This document shows positions 38,126 to 48,978 of a stretch of 64,000 nucleotides of DNA, in pieces (the first letter of the stretch is position 1; every line of letters starts with the position of its first letter). Below the pieces are notes generated by a model that worked only from the letters and a program-made list of their open reading frames with translations, had not been told where the DNA came from and searched no databases. The position numbers and the translations under genes were made by a program. The DNA lies in NCBI GenBank assembly GCA_041489255.1, contig JBGPQV010000007.1, positions 4,006 through 68,005 on the forward strand. Reading direction: 5' to 3'. Source of the DNA: Thermoplasmata archaeon. GTDB taxonomy: Archaea > Thermoplasmatota > Thermoplasmata > RBG-16-68-12 > JAFNFQ01.

Positions 38126-39058
38126 GTGGAACCCCTCGTCATCGAGAGCCTCTCGAAGGACTACGACGGCTTCAGGGCGCTGGACAGCCTCAATCTGAAG
38201 GTCGAGGCGAAGTCCTGCACTGGTTTCCTGGGGCCGAACGGCGCCGGCAAGACCACCACGATCAAGATCCTCACGAGCATGCTCAGGGCGACCGGCGGCC
38301 GCGCCTTCCTCAACGGTGTCGACGTGACGACCGATCCCAAGGAGGCCCTCGCCAGGGTCGGCGCAGTCGTGGAGACGCCGGAGTTCTACCCCGAGCTGAC
38401 GCCGATCGAGACTCTCGACTACTTCGCCAGGCTCAGGGGCATCCCCTCCGACCGCGCGAAGTCGCGGGTGATGCAGGTCATCGACCAGGTGAAAATGGGA
38501 GAGTGGAAGGACCAGAGGATAGGCAAGTTCTCCAAGGGCATGAAGCAGAGGATTGCGATCGCCCAGGCCCTGCTCCATGAGCCCGACCTCCTTGTCCTCG
38601 ACGAGCCGACCGCAGGCCTAGACCCGAGGGGCATGGCCGAGGTAAGGGACATCATCAAGGCATTGCGCCTGCAGGGCTACACCGTCTTCATGAGCAGCCA
38701 CCTGCTATTCGAGGTGCAGCAGCTCTGCGACAAGGTCGCCGTCGTCGACAAGGGCAAGCTCCTCATCTACGACACCGTGCAGAACCTCAGCACGAAGAGG
38801 CACGTCCTGAAGCTGGAGGTCGACCTCGTCGGCAAGATCGACACGGAGACCTACACCAAGGTCTGCGCGCTCGACAAGGTCAAAGGCGCGCAGTGCCCGA
38901 CGGCCACCAAGATGCTCATAGACTTCGACGGAGACACTGCCGACAGGAGGACGCTGCTCGAATCCCTGCAGAAACTTGGGCTCCAGGTGTACTCATTCGC
39001 CGACGCGGGCGTGGCGCTGGAAGAATTCTACCTGGACCTGATCAAGGAGTCGAGATAG
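38126..39058 (+). CDS. ABC transporter ATP-binding protein (ABC-2 type)
   Basis: Walker A GPNGAGKTTT, signature MSSHLL region, Walker B LLVLDEPT; GTG start at 38126 chosen because upstream in-frame ATG lies inside the repeat array. Confidence 0.8.
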   Translation: MEPLVIESLSKDYDGFRALDSLNLKVEAKSCTGFLGPNGAGKTTTIKILTSMLRATGGRAFLNGVDVTTDPKEALARVGAVVETPEFYPELTPIETLDYFARLRGIPSDRAKSRVMQVIDQVKMGEWKDQRIGKFSKGMKQRIAIAQALLHEPDLLVLDEPTAGLDPRGMAEVRDIIKALRLQGYTVFMSSHLLFEVQQLCDKVAVVDKGKLLIYDTVQNLSTKRHVLKLEVDLVGKIDTETYTKVCALDKVKGAQCPTATKMLIDFDGDTADRRTLLESLQKLGLQVYSFADAGVALEEFYLDLIKESR

Positions 39059-39059
39059 C

Positions 39060-39935
39060 ATGGCGGTAACGAACGCGGAAGCAGGGAAGTATGTCCTCCC
39101 CTCCGACTTCGACCAGATAATCACGGTGACCCGCGTCGAGTTCCTGAGGAACCTGCGGAGGAAGCGCCTCCTGATATTCGCGATAATCATCGCCCTGGTG
39201 TCCGCCCTGATACTCGCGGTCCCTCCATTCTTCGGAGGGTACCCGAGCGATCCGATACTGGGCCCTTACAGTTTCGCGCAGAACTTCACGTCCACGATCG
39301 ACTTCTTGATCATCCTGCTCGCGGTCTTCTACGGCGGCGACGCGCTCGTCTCAGAGTTCTCCAACAAGACGGGCTACGCGATATTCCCCAATCCTATCCG
39401 CCGCTCGTCGCTGTTCATGGGCAAGCTGCTCTCGAGCCTGCTTGCGTGCGTCCTGGTTCTCGGCGCGTACTACGTCATAATCGCGGCATCGATGATCGCC
39501 GTGTATGGCACGCTCGTGATCGAGCTCCTTTATTCATTCCTTTACGCAGTGCTCTACATGTCCGCTTGCCTCGGCGTCGCCTTCGCCATCAGCGCCCTCA
39601 TGAAGTCGACGGTGTCCGCGCTCGTCCTGACCTTCGTGCTCTTCCTCTTCGTCCTGAGCATGCTGTCGGTCGTACTCATGATCGCGAAGGTGAGGGCAGA
39701 GCCCCTGCTGACATTCCAAGCTGGGGTAATCAGCGGCTTTCTGAACGGCCCCTACCCCGGTTTCTTCCCGCCAACGGAACAGAGGTTCAACCCCGGAGGC
39801 GGCAACGCGACCGGGTTCGACTTCGTGCTCTACAACCCGACCGTCACGAACGGGATGATCGTCTGCACCGTCTGGCTGGTCGTGTCGCTATTGCTTGCAT
39901 ACGCGGTGTTCCGCCGGCGAGAGATGCTCGGTTAA
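39060..39935 (+). CDS. ABC-2 family transporter permease
   Basis: 6 predicted TM helices; immediately follows ATPase. Confidence 0.65.
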   Translation: MAVTNAEAGKYVLPSDFDQIITVTRVEFLRNLRRKRLLIFAIIIALVSALILAVPPFFGGYPSDPILGPYSFAQNFTSTIDFLIILLAVFYGGDALVSEFSNKTGYAIFPNPIRRSSLFMGKLLSSLLACVLVLGAYYVIIAASMIAVYGTLVIELLYSFLYAVLYMSACLGVAFAISALMKSTVSALVLTFVLFLFVLSMLSVVLMIAKVRAEPLLTFQAGVISGFLNGPYPGFFPPTEQRFNPGGGNATGFDFVLYNPTVTNGMIVCTVWLVVSLLLAYAVFRRREMLG

Positions 39936-39959
39936 GGGACCTTGGCTGTGGTTACTGGG

Positions 39960-40727
39960 TTACCGAGTGACTCCGTCTCCCCATACCTGCCTGCAAATTC
40001 GTTTGAACCCGAGTCCCTCGCTCATCGCGAGCGATGCCTGGTTGTCCGCGTAGATGTGGCAAAGCGGGGTCCTGCCTGCCGCAAGCACCTGCCTCGCGAC
40101 ATCGATCGTCACCGATTCCGCATACCCCTTCCCCCTGTGACTAGGCAGCACGACCAGCATGCCCATCGCGCTCACCTTGTCCGTCTCGAAATGCGTGAGG
40201 TTCCACGCCACGAGATCTCCATCTATGAAGACTCCGGCACTGGGTCCGTTCTCTATCCTCGCCTTGACGTACTCTGTGGCGTCCCAGTCGTACGCCCAGG
40301 CTCTAGCGATCTTGGATGCCCAGCTAGGATCTAACCGCTTGGTCTCGCGCTTCTGCCCGCCCCTGAGGTCCCCTGGCGAGAGTGCAAGCAGCCAGGCGCT
40401 TGAGCACCATCCTATCCTCATCCTTCGCCGCACGATCCTCAGGTTGTCTTCGTTCACCAGGTGAAACCAGTACTTCCCCGCCGGGAGGTCATCGATGACT
40501 TTCCCCGCCGCTTCCTCGTCGCTGGCCTGAATCGCGATCGCTGCCGCGTCAGACTCGTCCGCGGGCTTCTCGATCGCGGCAAGTGCCCGCACATCGTCTG
40601 CGTCGTCGACGAGGTACCTCGTCTCCCGCCGCGGATAGAAAACCCTCTGCGAGATGATGGCATTCCTGACGATATCGGAGTAGACGAATGCCCTGAGCCT
40701 CTCGCGATCCGTGACCCACTCGGTCAT
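39960..40727 (-). CDS. GNAT-family N-acetyltransferase (C-terminal domain)
   Basis: VLPSHRGKGYAESV…IYADNQASLAMSEGLGF acetyl-CoA binding motifs. Confidence 0.65.
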   Translation of the reverse strand: MTEWVTDRERLRAFVYSDIVRNAIISQRVFYPRRETRYLVDDADDVRALAAIEKPADESDAAAIAIQASDEEAAGKVIDDLPAGKYWFHLVNEDNLRIVRRRMRIGWCSSAWLLALSPGDLRGGQKRETKRLDPSWASKIARAWAYDWDATEYVKARIENGPSAGVFIDGDLVAWNLTHFETDKVSAMGMLVVLPSHRGKGYAESVTIDVARQVLAAGRTPLCHIYADNQASLAMSEGLGFKRICRQVWGDGVTR

Positions 40728-40773
40728 GCCTCCGACCGGAATGTGGCCCTCCTTGAAAGGCTATCGCTCCACG

Positions 40774-42906
40774 TCAGTACATGCCCGGCTGCGCGTTCAT
40801 GTGGACAGGCCTGCCGTATCTATCCAGCCTGACGACGATGATATTCCCTGTCGCGACGTCCATCAGGGCCATCTGCATGCCGTCAGCCACAGGCATGACC
40901 TCGACCGTCCTAAGCCTAGACGGATCTATCCCGTAGACGCCCCGCAGCCAATCCGCCACGTTCTGCGGTATCTGACCCGGGGGTGCGGACCGCGCCCTCG
41001 TCCTCTTCCTGCCCGCGGCGAACGCCACGATCAAGACGAGGAACACGCCCGCGAATATGATCAATATCGCGAGGAGCGACATGGCCGACAGGCTCCCGTT
41101 GTTCGCCGGACCGGAGCCCGGCGTCCAGAGGAGGAGGGGCACGACCGTCGTCCTGTGCGCCTCTACAGTCACATTGAGGTACGTCTCCTCGTAGCCGACC
41201 CGCGACCCCACGATCATGCGGGTGCCTGCCGGCACGCCCGATATGCTGAAGACGCCCTTGTCGTCCGCGGAGAGCGTTATGCGGCCTCCGGGCAGGGAGA
41301 TCGACGCGAACGCAATCCTCTCGTAGCTGTGAGCGTCCATCACAACCCCGGAGATGTTCCCGCCGTCCACCGCCAACGCGAAAAGCTGCGCGCTGCCGGC
41401 CGAGTATGCGTACGACGCGTCCCCTGTGAAGGTCACGCGGAGAAGGTGCTGTCCCCAGACCGAGGTCATCGGGTACGTGAGGTTCGCCCGGCCGCTCTGG
41501 TCGGTGAATGCGGAGCCGACGGCGTCCGAGTCGACGCGGTAACTGAGCGGTTTTCCAGGAACTGCCGTGCCGTTCGGCGCGCGCATCATGGCGGTGAGCG
41601 TCACGCTCGATCCGGCCACCCCTTTCACGACAGGCACATCGATGATCGACGCGTTCAGGCCGCCTGGAAGTGCTGCGCGCACGGCGTCGTACGCGTTGAC
41701 GAGCCCGTGACCGTATTCGTTGTCCCAGCCCGGATCTCCCAGGTCCGTTGCGGTCGAGTTCATGATCGCCCTGACCTCTGAGTTCGTGAGTGAAGGATTG
41801 CGCGAGAGGACGAGGGCCGCCACGCCGGCGACCTGGGGCGCGGCCTGCGAGGTCCCCGTGTGCGACTGATAGTACGGCTGGGTCCTCATCGTCGATGTGA
41901 TGTCCTCTCCAGGCGCCACGAGTTCCATCTGGCTGCCGTAGTTGCTGAAGGACGAGCGGACGAGACTTCGACCGACCGATCCGACCGCCACGATGGTCGG
42001 GTATGCGGCTGGATACGAGACACCGCCACCGTCGTTGCCTGACGCGGCCACGAGGAGCACGCCCTTGTTCCAGGCGTACTGCGCGGCGTTCTTGAGCGTG
42101 GCGGAGGCGATGCCGCCGAGGCTGAGCGTGATCACGTCCGCGCCGTTGTCTGCCGCGTACCTGATTCCGAGAGAAATATCAGAGATGTACCCGAGGCCGC
42201 AGTCGTCCAGGACCTTCACCGCCATGAGCCTGACCTGGGCGAGGCCCGCAATGCCCCTGGAGTTGTTGGTCACCGCGCCGACGATGCCGGCCACGTGCGT
42301 CCCATGGTAGATCGGGTCGATCTGACAGATGCCGAATGAATCCTGGAGGCGGTTCTGGTCGTCCATCGGATCGTTGTCGTTGTTCACGAAGTCGTACCCG
42401 TAATGGCCGCCCGCGTCCGTCCACATGTTTGCGGCGAGGTCCTCGTGGTTGTAGTCCACGCCCGTGTCGACCACCGCCACGACGATGTCCTTGCTGCCGA
42501 GCGTGAGATCCCAGGCGAACGGGGCGTACATCTCCTGGAGCGCCCACTGGTCTCCGTAATACGGATCGTCAGGTGTGAAGGCGATCCGGGCAGCCCTGAG
42601 ATCGTCCTCCACGTAGGAAAGGGGAGCCACGCCGGAGAGGAGGGCCTGGACTTCCTCCGCGCTGCCAAGGCCCGCGACCGTGATGAACCGCAATCCGCCG
42701 TCGACGCTGACGACCCTCCCGCCGAACCGTTCCACGGCGGAGAGCAGGCCCGCGAGGTCCGCCCCCGACCCGTAGCCGATCATCACTCGCGCACTCTGGC
42801 CATCGCCGGATGCACGAGCGCTCGAGAGAGCGGCAAGAGGCAGCGAGGTCGCCAGCGCCACCGCGACGGCGAACGGCAACAGTCCCCGAGGGGCCTTCAG
42901 CGACAT
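40774..42906 (-). CDS. secreted subtilisin-like serine protease (S8) with C-terminal TM anchor
   Basis: signal peptide MSLKAPRGLLPFAVAVALATSLPLAALSSA; catalytic D (VAVVDTGV), H (HGTHVAGI), S (GTSQAAPQVAG); C-terminal hydrophobic helix + basic tail. Confidence 0.85.
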   Translation of the reverse strand: MSLKAPRGLLPFAVAVALATSLPLAALSSARASGDGQSARVMIGYGSGADLAGLLSAVERFGGRVVSVDGGLRFITVAGLGSAEEVQALLSGVAPLSYVEDDLRAARIAFTPDDPYYGDQWALQEMYAPFAWDLTLGSKDIVVAVVDTGVDYNHEDLAANMWTDAGGHYGYDFVNNDNDPMDDQNRLQDSFGICQIDPIYHGTHVAGIVGAVTNNSRGIAGLAQVRLMAVKVLDDCGLGYISDISLGIRYAADNGADVITLSLGGIASATLKNAAQYAWNKGVLLVAASGNDGGGVSYPAAYPTIVAVGSVGRSLVRSSFSNYGSQMELVAPGEDITSTMRTQPYYQSHTGTSQAAPQVAGVAALVLSRNPSLTNSEVRAIMNSTATDLGDPGWDNEYGHGLVNAYDAVRAALPGGLNASIIDVPVVKGVAGSSVTLTAMMRAPNGTAVPGKPLSYRVDSDAVGSAFTDQSGRANLTYPMTSVWGQHLLRVTFTGDASYAYSAGSAQLFALAVDGGNISGVVMDAHSYERIAFASISLPGGRITLSADDKGVFSISGVPAGTRMIVGSRVGYEETYLNVTVEAHRTTVVPLLLWTPGSGPANNGSLSAMSLLAILIIFAGVFLVLIVAFAAGRKRTRARSAPPGQIPQNVADWLRGVYGIDPSRLRTVEVMPVADGMQMALMDVATGNIIVVRLDRYGRPVHMNAQPGMY

Positions 42907-42944
42907 CGTCACGTGTCCCGGAGATTGTCTACGCGCTCGCCGAC

Positions 42945-42951
42945 ATATAAG
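42945..42951 (-). promoter_or_regulatory. TATA-like element upstream of S8 protease
   Basis: minus-strand TTATATG ~40 nt upstream of ATG 42906. Confidence 0.35.
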
Positions 42952-42983
42952 GGTTTTTCGTGGATTATCGAGGGTGCGGTCGC

Positions 42984-44279
42984 TCAGAGCTTCAGCACGT
43001 CCGCGAAGCCCTCCATGTCCATGAAACCGTGCCCGCTGATGTTGAAGGCGATCGTCTTCTTCTCCTTCGTCTCCTTGCACTTGATCGCCTCGTCCATCGC
43101 GCAGCAGATGCTGTAAGCGGACTCAGGGGCCGGCAGGAAGCCCTCAGTCTGGATGAACGTCCTCGCCCTGTCGAAGACGTACTTCTCGTTTGCGGGGTAG
43201 GCGATCGTGTCGATGTAGCCCTCGTTCCTTAGCAGGCTGAGCAGGGGAGCGGCTGCGTGGTACCTCAACCCGTCCCCCCTGATCGGCTTCATGCTCTTCT
43301 GGTGCCCGAGCGTGTACATCATCAGCTGGGGTGTCATCTCCGCGTGGTCCGCGAAGTCATACTTGTACTCGCCCTGCAGGTTCGGGGCGACTTGGCTCTG
43401 CGCCGCGATGAACTTGATGTCCTTGCCCTTCACAGCCTCGCCGAGGAAAGGCAGCGTGAAACCGCCGAAGTTGCTCCCGCCGCCGACGCACGAAGTCATG
43501 ATGTCGGGGTAGTCGCCGAAGTGCTCGAACTGCTTCTGCGTCTCGAGGCCGATGATGGTCTGGTGCAGCAGGACGTGGTTCAGGACCGAGCCGAGGCAGT
43601 ATATCGCCTTGTCGTCGCTCTCCGCGTCCTGCAGACCTTCCGAGACCGCGATGCCCAGGGAGCCCGGGTGGTGCTTGTCCTTCTTGAGGAGGGCGCGTCC
43701 CGCTTTCGTCTTGTTGCTCGGGGAGGCGAAGACCTCCGCGCCGTACAGCTTCATGAAGAGGCGGCGCTGCGTCTTCCAGTCGTGGACGGCGCGCACCCAG
43801 TAGATCGTCGTCTTGAGGCCCGCGAGGCTGGCGGCGTACGCTAGGGCTGTGCCCCACTGGCCCGCGCCGGTCTCCGTGGTGAGGCGCTCGTAGCCCTCCT
43901 GCTTTGCGTACCATGCCTGCGCCAGGGCGGTATTGACCTTGTGGCTGCCCGTCGGGCTGTAGAACTCCGCCTTGTAGTAGAGCCTGGCGGGAGTGTTGAG
44001 TTTCTTCTCTAATCTCCTTGCGCGGAACAGCGGCCTCGGTCTGCCCGCCTGGGCGTAGAGCTGGAGAATCTCTTCGGGAATCGGTATCCACCTCTCCGTC
44101 GAGAACTCCTGCTTCAGGCACTCTGCGAGGAGGACATTCGGAAGCCTCTTGATCCTCGGCTCGCCTTTCTCGTCGTCGCGCGGGGGCGGGAGAGGCTTCG
44201 GCAGGTCGGGCTGGATGTTGTACCACTTCGTCGGCAGCTCTTCTTCCTTCAGAATGACGACCGATTTGTTCGACTGCAT
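42984..44279 (-). CDS. trpB2: tryptophan synthase beta-like protein (TrpB2 type)
   Basis: PLP-lysine motif SPTGSHKVN, TrpB2-specific N-terminal extension, GGGSNFGG loop. Confidence 0.85.
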   Translation of the reverse strand: MQSNKSVVILKEEELPTKWYNIQPDLPKPLPPPRDDEKGEPRIKRLPNVLLAECLKQEFSTERWIPIPEEILQLYAQAGRPRPLFRARRLEKKLNTPARLYYKAEFYSPTGSHKVNTALAQAWYAKQEGYERLTTETGAGQWGTALAYAASLAGLKTTIYWVRAVHDWKTQRRLFMKLYGAEVFASPSNKTKAGRALLKKDKHHPGSLGIAVSEGLQDAESDDKAIYCLGSVLNHVLLHQTIIGLETQKQFEHFGDYPDIMTSCVGGGSNFGGFTLPFLGEAVKGKDIKFIAAQSQVAPNLQGEYKYDFADHAEMTPQLMMYTLGHQKSMKPIRGDGLRYHAAAPLLSLLRNEGYIDTIAYPANEKYVFDRARTFIQTEGFLPAPESAYSICCAMDEAIKCKETKEKKTIAFNISGHGFMDMEGFADVLKL

Positions 44280-44386
44280 GGTTTTCCCTCTGGACCGGCT
44301 TGGCGGGGAATCGGGTGGGCGTTATTATTGTTTTGCAACGGGACGCCTTTCCTCCTGAAGGGCTCGATTCTTGCCGCGAATCAGTC

Positions 44387-46909
44387 TCAGCCCGGGACAT
44401 TCCACGAGACCGATGACGGAACGAAAATCCAGTAGCCCTCCCCCGCCATCATCGTGTATGAGTCAGGCACCCGCCGCAGGTAGTACGGCGCCGCCGTCGC
44501 GTCGAAGGCCTCGACGGAGACCGAGGGCATCCCCAGGGCGGCTTTAAGATCCGCAATCGCATAGCTCGCATTCATCGAGGGAAAACCGACCATGTTCCAG
44601 CCGGCATGGAGTTGAATGGTGGTCGTGTCGGGCCTCACGCCTATGACCGTGAGGTCGCATGCGGCCGTGACATTGATCCAGAACCCCATGCCGTTGTCGA
44701 GCCGCAGCAGGCTGTTCGGATTCCTTCCCGGCATGAACACCTTCCATGGGCTGACCGGATCCAACCCAGCATAGTACCGCACGTAGTCGAAGCAGCCCGC
44801 CACCGATGAGAGGACGCTCTCGATGCTCTCGTTGGCGGGAAGGAGAGGGAAGGACAAGAACCGGTGGCCCGGCGTCAGGTGGATGGTGTAGGTGGTGACG
44901 ACGCCGATCCTGCTGCACGCGACGTTGTTCGATTCGTCGAGCTCGTAGAACTCGTCGGGCGAGTCGGCGAAGACGCAGATGTCGTACCAGCCGTTCAGGC
45001 CAGTGGTGTCGAACTGGATGGAGGTCATTGTTAATGAGTCGTCATTCACCGTCGAGACGCCGCTGCTCAGCAATGTCCCGCCAAGGCGGGGGTCGCCAAG
45101 GTAGAACGAGACGGTCGCGTTCACCGCCGGGAAGTGGCCGACGTTGTGCACCGCCGCGTCCACGTCGATGGTCTCCCCCGGATTCGGGCGGGGGTTTGAG
45201 AAAATAATATCGTCAGGGGACAGGGTGAGGTCCGGGAGATAGCTCCTGTTGTACGGAGCGAGCTTCGGGTCGCCCATGATCGCGTCCATCCAGCTCAGGC
45301 CTATCTGGGATGCCATCATGTAGCTCTCGGCCAACGTGTATCCCCGGGTGTAGGCGTCGTAGAGGATGTCGGAGTGGGCTATCGCGCTTAGGTAGGGTTC
45401 GTAGACGTAGCCCTTCACACCGGTGACCCCGTCTCTGATGAGGTCCGCGACGAGAGACTGCCCATAACCGGTCCCATACACGAAGCTCCTCGCGCCGGTG
45501 GACACCGCCGTCTCCGCGAGGGAGCCTGGTATCCAGGTGTTGTGCGGTCTGATCTCGATCATCCGAATGTTATCGACGAACGCGGTGCCGTTCGCTTGGG
45601 CGAACACGACCGAGACCCTGAGCTTCATCGCTCCGGGAACCGGTTCGTAGATGACCTGAGGGAAGCCCCGCCATTTCGAGGTCCCCGACACGGCCGAACC
45701 GTTCACCACCGCCAGGACGTTGTCGTAGGAGTCGAGCGCCTTGATCTGGAGGAACAGCCCGCGCCCGGCCACGCCGGTGTAGTTCGCGCTGCCTGTGAGG
45801 AAGTACCTGCTCCCAACCACGGCGGAGAAGTTCTCGGAGACCGCGGTGTAGTTGCCATCGGCGAATGGCCTCTCGATCCTCAGAGACCAGAAGCCCGATT
45901 CGAACACGCTCGAGTTCCTCGACACGCTGGCCGTCCCCGCCGGATCGTCGTAGAACCATCCATCCGGGACGCCGTTCGAGTCCGCGTCACTCTCAAGGCC
46001 TGAGTTCGAATTCATGGCGGTGTACCATGTGCCGTCGTTGCTGCCCCAGCTGGAGTATCCCGCCACGTTGGAGTCGTTCGTGAGGAAAGCGTAGGTCTCA
46101 TCCAGCGTAACGTCGAAACCTCTGGCGGTGAGGATGGGGGCGGCGTCCCTCATCCAGTCGTTACCGACCTGGTAGGCGCCTCCATCTTTCCCCGGATCGA
46201 CATCAAGAACGAACTTACCTCGGCGACCGATCGCCTCCGTTGCCTTGTCGACCAGGCCGAGCGCCTCGGGGACGGTGAACGCGGTCAGGCGGGTGACTAT
46301 GTAGAACCCCCACCTCGCGCGGGTGAAAGGCGCGAACTTGTCATAGTATGGGTTATTGAACCATCGGTTGCGGCCGATTTGACTTTCATAAGGACCGCCA
46401 ACGAGTGCCAGCTCTGAGTCCACCGACGATGAGTTCTCCCAAGGAGACCGCCAAGTCCCCAGCGGTACGCCCTTCGTCGTCACGAGGAAGTTGATCGCCG
46501 TGCTCGGCGGGATGGCGTTCAAGCAGGTCTTGACCTGGTTCGCGAGGGCGGTGAATGTAGCCCCGTCGATTTGTTCGTTAGGGGAGGTCGTGACGTTGCA
46601 GACATGTGCCCAGCTGATGTTTCGCTGAGTTGTGAAGTAGTCCGCGATGGTCATCGAATCTGCCGAGTTCAGGTTGCGGATCACGAGGACATCCGAGTAG
46701 TTCACCAGGGAAGCGTAGCGCTTCGAAGGGACAGCGTCGGTCTGGAAGCCGCCGCCAGCCGTCTCTCTTCCTCCCGATGCGTTCGATTCGCGGCTGCCCG
46801 CACTGCTGGCTGGCGGGGCAGACGCTGAAATCGAGAGAAGAATCGCGAGCGCCAAGATGAGCGCGGAGGCCGCCGACAATGTCGATGAGAAACCGTCGCG
46901 GCTGTGCAT
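44387..46909 (-). CDS. large secreted protein with CARDB-like domain and the same conserved ~160-aa C-terminal domain as CDS 752..3772
   Basis: signal peptide; C-terminal 160 aa ~50% identical to C-terminus of 752..3772 (…GCFDYVRYYAGLDPVSPWK…GWNMVGFPS…APYYLRRV…GEGYWIFVP…). Confidence 0.75.
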   Translation of the reverse strand: MHSRDGFSSTLSAASALILALAILLSISASAPPASSAGSRESNASGGRETAGGGFQTDAVPSKRYASLVNYSDVLVIRNLNSADSMTIADYFTTQRNISWAHVCNVTTSPNEQIDGATFTALANQVKTCLNAIPPSTAINFLVTTKGVPLGTWRSPWENSSSVDSELALVGGPYESQIGRNRWFNNPYYDKFAPFTRARWGFYIVTRLTAFTVPEALGLVDKATEAIGRRGKFVLDVDPGKDGGAYQVGNDWMRDAAPILTARGFDVTLDETYAFLTNDSNVAGYSSWGSNDGTWYTAMNSNSGLESDADSNGVPDGWFYDDPAGTASVSRNSSVFESGFWSLRIERPFADGNYTAVSENFSAVVGSRYFLTGSANYTGVAGRGLFLQIKALDSYDNVLAVVNGSAVSGTSKWRGFPQVIYEPVPGAMKLRVSVVFAQANGTAFVDNIRMIEIRPHNTWIPGSLAETAVSTGARSFVYGTGYGQSLVADLIRDGVTGVKGYVYEPYLSAIAHSDILYDAYTRGYTLAESYMMASQIGLSWMDAIMGDPKLAPYNRSYLPDLTLSPDDIIFSNPRPNPGETIDVDAAVHNVGHFPAVNATVSFYLGDPRLGGTLLSSGVSTVNDDSLTMTSIQFDTTGLNGWYDICVFADSPDEFYELDESNNVACSRIGVVTTYTIHLTPGHRFLSFPLLPANESIESVLSSVAGCFDYVRYYAGLDPVSPWKVFMPGRNPNSLLRLDNGMGFWINVTAACDLTVIGVRPDTTTIQLHAGWNMVGFPSMNASYAIADLKAALGMPSVSVEAFDATAAPYYLRRVPDSYTMMAGEGYWIFVPSSVSWNVPG

Positions 46910-47075
46910 TCGATTTCCTGTGCATTCACGGCAGCGGCATTCATCAACATAATCCTTCTGGCCGTACCCCCACGCCAGAAACCATCATATATCTGCAAAA
47001 GAATGTTCATTCTGGAGGAAGGGGGCAGGGCGTGGCCGACGGATTTCCATTGCGAGGGCCAGGAATCTCCAGCAC

Positions 47076-48978
47076 TGTGAAGATTTTTTCTCTATCCCTA
47101 TTGGCCGTGCTGCTTCTCAACATGCCTGCCGTTTGTCGGCCCAATGAACAGACTGACGAGATTCCAATCGTAAGTGATGCTCTGCAGACAGAACCAGTCG
47201 GTCTATCATCGCCCGCGGGATACTTCATAGAGAACCGCGGCCAGGTTGCGGACGGCATCAGGTACTACTCGATTGGCAACCCCGCCATCGCATTCAGGGA
47301 TGACGGGATCATGTACTTGCTGAGCGACGTTCGACGAGAAGAGAGCAGGGACGCAGGAGCCCGCGGCATCTCGATTCCTCCCGACCGCCAAGCAGGTGAT
47401 CAGTCGACGACCATGTCGCATGCTTATTTCATCCATTTCCGTGGCGCCAATCCCACGAGACCGGTTGCGATGGAGAGACTGTCGTCTCTCAGCAACTACT
47501 TCCTCGGAAATGATCCGAGCAGGTGGAGGACGAACGTGCCGGAGTTCGGAACGGTGGTCTACCGGATCCTCTATGACGGGATTGACCTCACATATTCCTC
47601 CGGCGCGGACGGCATCAAGTACGAGTTCGCTGTGCATCCCGGAATCGACCCTGCGGCAATCGAGATCGAAGTCGACGGGCTCGAGTCTCTGTTGCTCGAT
47701 GAAGGGACCTTGGTTGCCAGGACCGCCGCAGGGGATGTGCGCGACTCTCCGCCCATATCCTTCGATTCCGCGGGCGCCGAGGTGGATTGCCGCTTCGCGC
47801 TTCATGAGACAGACTCATACGGCTTCGATTGCGGTGACCGTGATGAATCCAAGACGCTGATTATCGACCCGCTGATTTATTCGACGTTCCTCGGCGGAGG
47901 GAATTGGGACGGCGCCAACGCGGTCGCGGTCGATTCCTCCGGGAACGCGTTCGTGACGGGCTGGACCCGCTCTGTCGATTTCCCGATTACGGCGGGGGCG
48001 TTCCGCGTCAACAACAACGGCTGGGAGGATGTCTTCGTGGTCAAGATGAACGACACGGGCAGCGGCCCTCTCTATTCGACCTACCTCGGCGGCACCTCCG
48101 CGGACATCGGGCTCTCGATCACCGTCGATGCTTCGGGCAAAGCGTATGTCGCGGGCAAGACCATGTCCAGGGATTTCCCCGTGACCCCCGGCGCCTACGA
48201 CCAGGGCTTCAACAATCCTGACTACGAATATGATGCCTTCGTGGCGAAGATCGGGGCCGCTGGAAACTCGCTCGTGTATTCCACTTTCCTCGGAGGCAAC
48301 CACAGCGACATCGCCAGGTCCATCGTCATCGACGGCAGCGGGAGCGCATTCGTGGCCGGAGAGACCGTGTCGCCGACCTTCCCCGTGACGCCCGGTGCAT
48401 ACGACAAGTCGTACGACAACGGCGACGCCTTCGTTACCAAGTTCAACCCATCCGGAAGCGCCCTCGTCTACTCGACCTTGCTCGGCGGAAACGAGTCGGA
48501 CCACGCGTGCGCCATCAAGATCGACGCCGCAGGCAACTCCTTCGTCGCCGGATGGACGACTTCCCCGAATTTCCCCGTGACCTTGGGCGCATTTCAGAAG
48601 TTTCGGCGGGGGACGGAGGACGCATTCGTGACAAAGCTCAGGGCTGATGGCGCGGCACTTCTCTATTCCACATTCCTCGGAGGAGACGACAACGATCGTG
48701 CGTGGGGGATTGCGGCAGACTCGGCGGGCAGCGCGTACATCACGGGCGAGACCTATTCGCCCGGCTTTCCCACCACGCGAGGGGCAATCGACAGAACATA
48801 CGATGGGGCCGACGACGTCTTTGTCACGAAGATGAACGCCACGGGCACTGGCCTGATCTATTCGACGTTCTTGGGCGGCACCGGGGGAGAGGTGGGCTAC
48901 TCCATCGCGGTGGACGCGCTGGGGAACGCTTATGTGACGGGCGAGACAGGCTCCCCCGAGTTCCCTACGACGCCGTGA
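47076..48978 (+). CDS. SBBP beta-propeller repeat surface protein, N-terminal part (terminated by in-frame TGA)
   Basis: signal peptide (VKIFSLSLLAVLLLNMPAVC), N-domain paralogous to 752..3772 (YFIENRGQVADGIRYYSIGNPAIAF), ~9 SBBP repeats; GTG start 47076 inferred. Confidence 0.7.

Noticed and set aside
48976-48978. Genome-wide UGA-to-Gly recoding
   Set aside because: TGA clearly terminates hdrC, pth2 and atpD in this window, so a single in-frame TGA is better explained by mutation, error or local read-through.
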